IMG/VR virus record: IMGVR_UViG_3300000357_000123
DNA from: a virus
Lineage: Duplodnaviria; Heunggongvirae; Uroviricota; Caudoviricetes
Length of the DNA stretch: 11,134 nt
Direction: 5' to 3' (one strand)
The translations under genes were made by a program, and so were the position numbers. Of the stretch, positions 7,577 to 11,134 are shown piece after piece. The first letter of the stretch is position 1. Every line of letters starts with the position of its first letter. The notes under the pieces were generated by a model. It saw only the letters and a list, made by a program, of their open reading frames with translations, ran no database searches and had not been told where the DNA came from.

Positions 7577-7985
7577 ACACATCCGCATGGCGATGAATGC
7601 CTGGGCGCATCCGGACGGCGAAAAAGTACCGGCTGCGAAAATTACCAAAGCGTATTTCGAGCTGGGAATGACGTTCCCGGAACTGTATGACGACAGCCAT
7701 CCGGAAGCCCTGGCTCGCAATACCCAGAAAATTTTCCGCTGGGTAGAGAAAGACACCCCTGATGCAGTTGAAAAAATTCAGGCGTTGTTACCAGCGATCG
7801 AAAAGGCAATGCCACCTTTGCTGGTGGCCAGAATGCGCAGCCACAGTTCAGCTTATTTTCGGGAGCTGGTGGAGACGCGGGAGCGACTGGTGAGAGACGC
7901 TGATGATTTTGTCGCAGTGGCAATCGCCGGTTTCAATCAGATGAACCGTGGTGGCCCGGCAGGAAATGCTGTGGCAGTACATTGA
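7560..7985 (+). CDS. YdaT-like protein (Rac-prophage YdaT family; proposed CII-like regulator or toxin)
   Basis: 141-aa ORF from the ATG at 7560 with a strong AAGGGGGG RBS; starts MKIKHEHI as I recall Rac YdaT does; overlaps the upstream cro-like gene by 17 nt. Confidence 0.75.
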   Translation: MKIKHEHIRMAMNAWAHPDGEKVPAAKITKAYFELGMTFPELYDDSHPEALARNTQKIFRWVEKDTPDAVEKIQALLPAIEKAMPPLLVARMRSHSSAYFRELVETRERLVRDADDFVAVAIAGFNQMNRGGPAGNAVAVH

Positions 7986-8056
7986 CTGACAATAGCCATA
8001 TCGAATCGCTTCCGGCAACTCGTGAGTAAAAAGATTCGGTATCAGAAGAGGTGAGT

Positions 8057-9210
8057 ATGGCTAACGCCTGGCTCAGATTATGGCATGACATGCCAAATGA
8101 CCCTAAGTGGCGAACAATTGCCAGGGTGTCAGGGCAGCCAATTGCAACAGTGATGGCAGTGTATATCCACCTCCTGGTGAGCGCGTCACGAAATGTCACG
8201 CGAGGTCACATTGATGTCACGACAGAAGATTTGGCAAGTGCGCTCGACGTGACAGAAGAGGTAATTGATTCAATTTTGCAGACGATGCAGGGGCGGGTAC
8301 TTGATGGTGATTTAATCACTGGATGGGAAAAACGCCAGGTGCTGAAAGAGGACAACGGCAATATTTCGCAAACCGCAAAATCTCCGGCAGAGCGCAAGAG
8401 GGCGCAGCGAGAGAGGGAAAGAAAGCGGGAACAAAATGGCGATTGTCACGGCGAGTCACGAAATGTCACGCACATGTCACGACGAGTCACGACAGATAAA
8501 GATACAGATAAAGATACAGATCAAGAAGATCAAAACACTATGGTCCATGGCGTAAAAAACGCCACGAACCAGGCAGGGGATGTTCAGACCGTCACTCCTG
8601 GCCAGCCCGCAGGCACGACACCGGAAGCCGATTCAGCGTATGCGCTGAAAGCCGATTCGGGCGCTGTGCAGCAGGTGATGACCGCAAGGCAGGAGCAATC
8701 ACACCAACTTCAGCAGCCTGAAGCCGATTCCGCCATTCAGCGGGAAGCCGATCGGGTAGTCCCGGAAAACACCGGGCAGCCTGTGGGACGAGTGGATTAT
8801 CCTGATGTGTTCGAACAGGTCTGGCGGGAATACCCGTTGCGTGCCGGGGCAAACCCGAAGAANNNNNNNNNNNNNNNNNNNNNNNNNNNNNNNNNNNNNN
8901 NNNNNNNNNNNNNNNNNNNNNNNNNNNNNNNNNNNNNNNNNNNNNNNNNNNNNNNNNNNNNNNNNNNNNNNNNTTACGCGAGGGGGTGCCACCAGAGGCC
9001 ATGCTGGATGGCGTGAGGCGTTACGCAAGATACCTTGCGGCTACCGGGAAAACGGGAACGGAATTTGTTCAGCGAGCGACGACGTTTTTTGGACCGGACC
9101 GGAATTTTGAAAACCCCTGGCTGCTCCCGGTAAGCGGCACGAACAACCAGCGTTGTGTGAATCATATTTCTGAACCGGATAACGAAATTCCGCCGGGCTT
9201 CAGGGGGTAA
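8057..9210 (+). CDS. Replication initiation / replisome-organizer protein (YdaU/DUF1376-like N-terminus) containing the probable origin iterons, interrupted by an N-run
   Basis: ATG at 8057 after GAGGTG; N-terminus MANAWLRLWHDMPNDPKWRTIARV fits the phage replisome-organizer N-terminal pattern (W.KL... DPK) as I recall it. After the 8863-8973 gap the protein-like frame (LREGVPPEAMLDGVRRYARYLAATGKTGTEFVQRATTFFGPDRNFENPWLLP...) runs to TAA at 9208-9210. The gap-preserved frame ends at 9016, so one gene versus two is unresolved. Confidence 0.6.
8185..8221 (+). repeat. Iteron array 1: four direct GTCAC(G/A) repeats at 10-11 bp spacing
   Basis: GTCACG at 8185, 8195 and 8216 and GTCACA at 8205; an inverted copy CGTGAC at 8248-8253; the 17-mer GTCACGAAATGTCACGC is repeated exactly at 8455-8471. 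Confidence 0.5.
8445..8516 (+). repeat. Iteron array 2: five direct GTCACG repeats at 10-11 bp spacing followed by a tandem 12-bp A-rich repeat
   Basis: GTCACG at 8445, 8455, 8465, 8476 and 8486; then GATAAAGATACA twice (8493-8516) and an A-rich stretch, resembling an iteron-plus-AT-rich origin layout. Confidence 0.5.
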
Positions 9211-9250
9211 GTGTTAATTTCTGGTCATGAGGTAATTTTCAGGAGGGCTT

Positions 9251-9673
9251 GTGGCAAAAGTTTTTACACAAGAAGAGCGGGAAAAAATTAAAGGACAGGT
9301 TCTTGAACTCGTACGCCAGAGTGGGCGCGAGACGTTACGACAACTGGAAGCTAAAACTGGGGCAACAAGATATCTGATGAGCGTTCTGGCCAGAGAGCTG
9401 GTTGCCAGTGGCGATGTATACAATTCTGGCTACGGGTTATTCCCGTCTGAACAGGCTCGTAAAGACTGGCAAAATGCCCGCAAAAAATTATCGAGGGCAA
9501 AGCTGAAGAAACCGGTTGTGGTTGATCCGGACCTTATCTGGTCGTTACCTGACGGAGAAATACGTCGCTACGACAGTCGCCTAAACATAATCTGTCGCGA
9601 GTGCCGGAAGAGTGAAGCTATGCAGCGTGTACTGGCTTTCTATCAGGGTAATTTTCAGGAGGCGGTACTGTGA
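9251..9673 (+). CDS. Hypothetical protein (140 aa) downstream of the replication initiator
   Basis: GTG start at 9251 preceded by AGGAGG (9241-9246); uninterrupted 140-aa ORF; no family recognised. Confidence 0.6.
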   Translation: MAKVFTQEEREKIKGQVLELVRQSGRETLRQLEAKTGATRYLMSVLARELVASGDVYNSGYGLFPSEQARKDWQNARKKLSRAKLKKPVVVDPDLIWSLPDGEIRRYDSRLNIICRECRKSEAMQRVLAFYQGNFQEAVL

Positions 9674-9730
9674 GTGAAATTAGCTATCAGGCTTCAATTA
9701 CCGCTGGCATTCGCATCAAAGGAGAGGAGC

Positions 9731-10087
9731 ATGGAAATAAAACCAGAGGATGAGTTAAGCAATATCGTTTTATTTCCGGTAAAAGAGGATGACCCTCGTA
9801 ATCAGGTTAATTTTCTTTATGAGCCATCGGAAAGACCATATTGTCATCACGCCTCTGTCCGGGTTGACGAAAAAGAGCGTCAGGTCCGCTGTAAAATCTG
9901 CGGTGCAGTTGTGGAGCCATTTGACTGGATGCTCTCTGTGGCGAAAAGAGAAACCAGACTGGCAGATGATGTAAGGCTCTTGCGTCAGGAGGAGCGGGAA
10001 AGGCGAAAAAATATAGAAAAGCTAATTCAGATTGAGCGTAACGCGAAAGCGCGGATACGCAGGGCGACAAAATCCAGAACTGAATAA
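9731..10087 (+). CDS. Hypothetical small protein with a putative zinc-binding motif and a basic, coiled-coil-like C-terminal tail
   Basis: ATG at 9731 with GGAGAGGAG immediately upstream; 118 aa; motif CHH-x14-C-x2-C (PYCHHASVRVDEKERQVRCKICG) followed by a K/R/E-rich tail. An alternative GTG start at 9674 abuts the upstream stop but lacks an RBS. Confidence 0.6.
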   Translation: MEIKPEDELSNIVLFPVKEDDPRNQVNFLYEPSERPYCHHASVRVDEKERQVRCKICGAVVEPFDWMLSVAKRETRLADDVRLLRQEERERRKNIEKLIQIERNAKARIRRATKSRTE

Positions 10088-10156
10088 TTAAATTTAGCTC
10101 TGTTAAAAATTTAATCCTTAACCGGAGGGATTTCTGCACCCTCAGAACATCAGGAG

Positions 10157-10174
10157 GCCGCCCGAAAGGGCGGT
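10157..10174 (+). promoter_or_regulatory. Stable GC hairpin with GAAA tetraloop between the Shine-Dalgarno and the start codon of the next gene
   Basis: CCGCCC (10158-10163) pairs with GGGCGG (10168-10173) around a GAAA loop; AGGAGG at 10152-10157 immediately 5'; ATG at 10181. Confidence 0.4.
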
Positions 10175-10180
10175 AGTTAA

Positions 10181-10363
10181 ATGCGAAAGTTTAAAATAAT
10201 TATTGAAACGGGAATAGCCGGTGGAGATTTCGAGGATGAATTCGAAGTGGATGATGATGCGACGCCTGATGAAATACATGACGAAGCAAAAGATATTTTC
10301 TTTAACTACTGCAATTACTCATATCACGAAATAAAAGACAAAGAGGAAGAACAAAATGGCTGA
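10181..10363 (+). CDS. Small highly acidic hypothetical protein (60 aa)
   Basis: Uninterrupted ORF MRKFKIIIETGIAGGDFEDEFEVDDDATPDEIHDEAKDIFFNYCNYSYHEIKDKEEEQNG with 19 Asp/Glu against 6 Lys/Arg; start context described in the hairpin feature. Confidence 0.55.
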   Translation: MRKFKIIIETGIAGGDFEDEFEVDDDATPDEIHDEAKDIFFNYCNYSYHEIKDKEEEQNG

Positions 10364-10610
10364 TTTTGGTTCAACTAAATACAACGTCAGTTTTGAAGAA
10401 TGGCATGAACTGTTANNNNNNNNNNNNNNNNNNNNNNNNNNNNNNNNNNNNNNNNNNNNNNNNNNNNNNNNNNNNNNNNNNNNNNNNNNNNNNNNNNNNN
10501 NNNNNNNNNNNNNTGGTGGCAGTGCTGCTGATGCTGAAGCATGGCGTGATGATTATGAAGCAGGAAAAACTCCGGTCGAAGCATATTGTGATGAGTGGGG
10601 CGATGAATGA
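10356..10610 (+). CDS. Small acidic hypothetical protein, interrupted by an N-run
   Basis: ATG at 10356 with an AGAGGA RBS 8 nt upstream, overlapping the previous stop; visible parts MADFGSTKYNVSFEEWHELL and GGSAADAEAWRDDYEAGKTPVEAYCDEWGDE; stop TGA at 10608-10610 overlaps the next ATG (ATGA). Frame across the 10416-10513 gap is unverified. Confidence 0.5.
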   Translation: MADFGSTKYNVSFEEWHELLXXXXXXXXXXXXXXXXXXXXXXXXXXXXXXXXXGGSAADAEAWRDDYEAGKTPVEAYCDEWGDE

Positions 10611-10864
10611 GCGAGGTTAATTATCAGGAAGGGCATGAAACGGCGGGGCAAGCAAAAACAGTGGCATGGCGATATCGCTACGTGAAAAAAAAGGCGTTAC
10701 GGACTTTCAGGGGAAGTAGTGGTCTGGTGACTGGAAATATGTACCGAAAAAAGAGGATTGTAACGACAGGCCGAACTATGAAATTCAGGCCTTATTCACT
10801 GCCTCGCCAGTCCCGGTTACATCAGAAGAACTGGTTAAAGCTGTGCACTTTTATGAACAACTAA
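10607..10864 (+). CDS. Hypothetical ORF (85 aa) with possible recoding or decay; product uncertain
   Basis: ATG at 10607 coupled to the upstream stop. The N-terminal part is plausible, but the C-terminal part is K/R-rich and overlaps a better-looking open frame (10720-10920, -1 frame, no start codon). Two A_AAA_AAG heptamers lie in frame at 10687-10693 and 10747-10753. Confidence 0.3.
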   Translation: MSEVNYQEGHETAGQAKTVAWRYRYVKKKALRTFRGSSGLVTGNMYRKKRIVTTGRTMKFRPYSLPRQSRLHQKNWLKLCTFMNN

Positions 10865-11093
10865 AACGCGAAAATCCACCAGCATCCGGAAACCTGATTA
10901 CAGATTCCCAGATAAGGCAATGAGCTACCTGGCGCAGAACGGGCTGATAAGTATGGGGAATGTTTTACGATGAATATTTAGACTAAAGAGTTTGTAACGC
11001 TATGTAAGTGATTTTTTCTGGTTTAGATATTTATATGTCCGGCCAAACTGAGGTGTGTTTAAATGTAATTGCACATTGATTGTAGGAGGAATA

Positions 11094-11134
11094 ATGAAAA
11101 ACGCATTGCAGTTTTTGTTTGTTGCGTTCTGGTT
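11094..11134 (+). CDS. 5' end of a gene encoding a protein with a hydrophobic N-terminus (MKNALQFLFVAFW...), running off the right edge
   Basis: ATG at 11094 preceded by AGGAGGA (11084-11090); follows a roughly 170-bp AT-rich non-coding stretch. Confidence 0.4.
   Translation, partial: MKNALQFLFVAFW

Noticed and set aside
8185-8516. GTCACG repeat arrays considered as a CRISPR array
   Set aside because: Repeat units are only about 6 bp at 10-bp periodicity with no spacer-sized unique segments, and they lie inside a coding sequence; iterons fit better.
7493-10139. Minus-strand ORFs 7493-7756, 7642-7923, 7933-8199, 8206-8397, 8592-9002, 8699-9028, 8974-9165, 9214-9423 and 9807-10139
   Set aside because: Antisense to the better-supported plus-strand early genes, without RBSs, several dominated by masked codons or Pro/Arg-rich runs typical of reverse-frame reading.
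10607-10923. IS3-family insertion sequence suggested by the A_AAA_AAG frameshift signals
   Set aside because: No transposase-like (DDE) ORF, no terminal inverted repeats, and the downstream frame is only 67 codons.

Overview
This window is the integration-proximal (left) arm and immunity/early-replication region of a lambdoid enterobacterial prophage, with a mosaic of Qin-like and Rac-like modules. Gene and RNA names are recognised from memory and by motif reading only; no search was run. On the minus strand, from left to right: a possible host gene start (1-40), a lambda-family tyrosine integrase, an excisionase, an 813-aa RecE-like protein carrying a C-terminal DEDDh 3'-5' exonuclease domain, then a dicB-type operon (ydfD-like, dicB, DicF sRNA, ydfC-, ydfB-, ydfA-like) and a CI-type HTH/S24-peptidase repressor. 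On the plus strand, after a divergent promoter/operator region: a Cro/YdaS-like HTH protein, a YdaT-like protein, a replisome-organizer-type initiator containing two GTCACG iteron arrays, two small unknown proteins, two small highly acidic proteins, an ambiguous ORF with two A_AAA_AAG heptamers, and a gene start at the right edge. Eleven N-runs (1421-1508, 4151-4247, 4459-4468, 4598-4712, 4930-5028, 5562-5651, 5870-5967, 6633-6733, 7288-7390, 8863-8973, 10416-10513) interrupt many genes. Their lengths appear not to match the hidden sequence, so reading frames across them are unreliable. I found no single obvious novel system; the best candidates for follow-up are the RecE-like/DEDDh exonuclease with no annealase partner, the intragenic iterons, the acidic small proteins and the possible recoding site.
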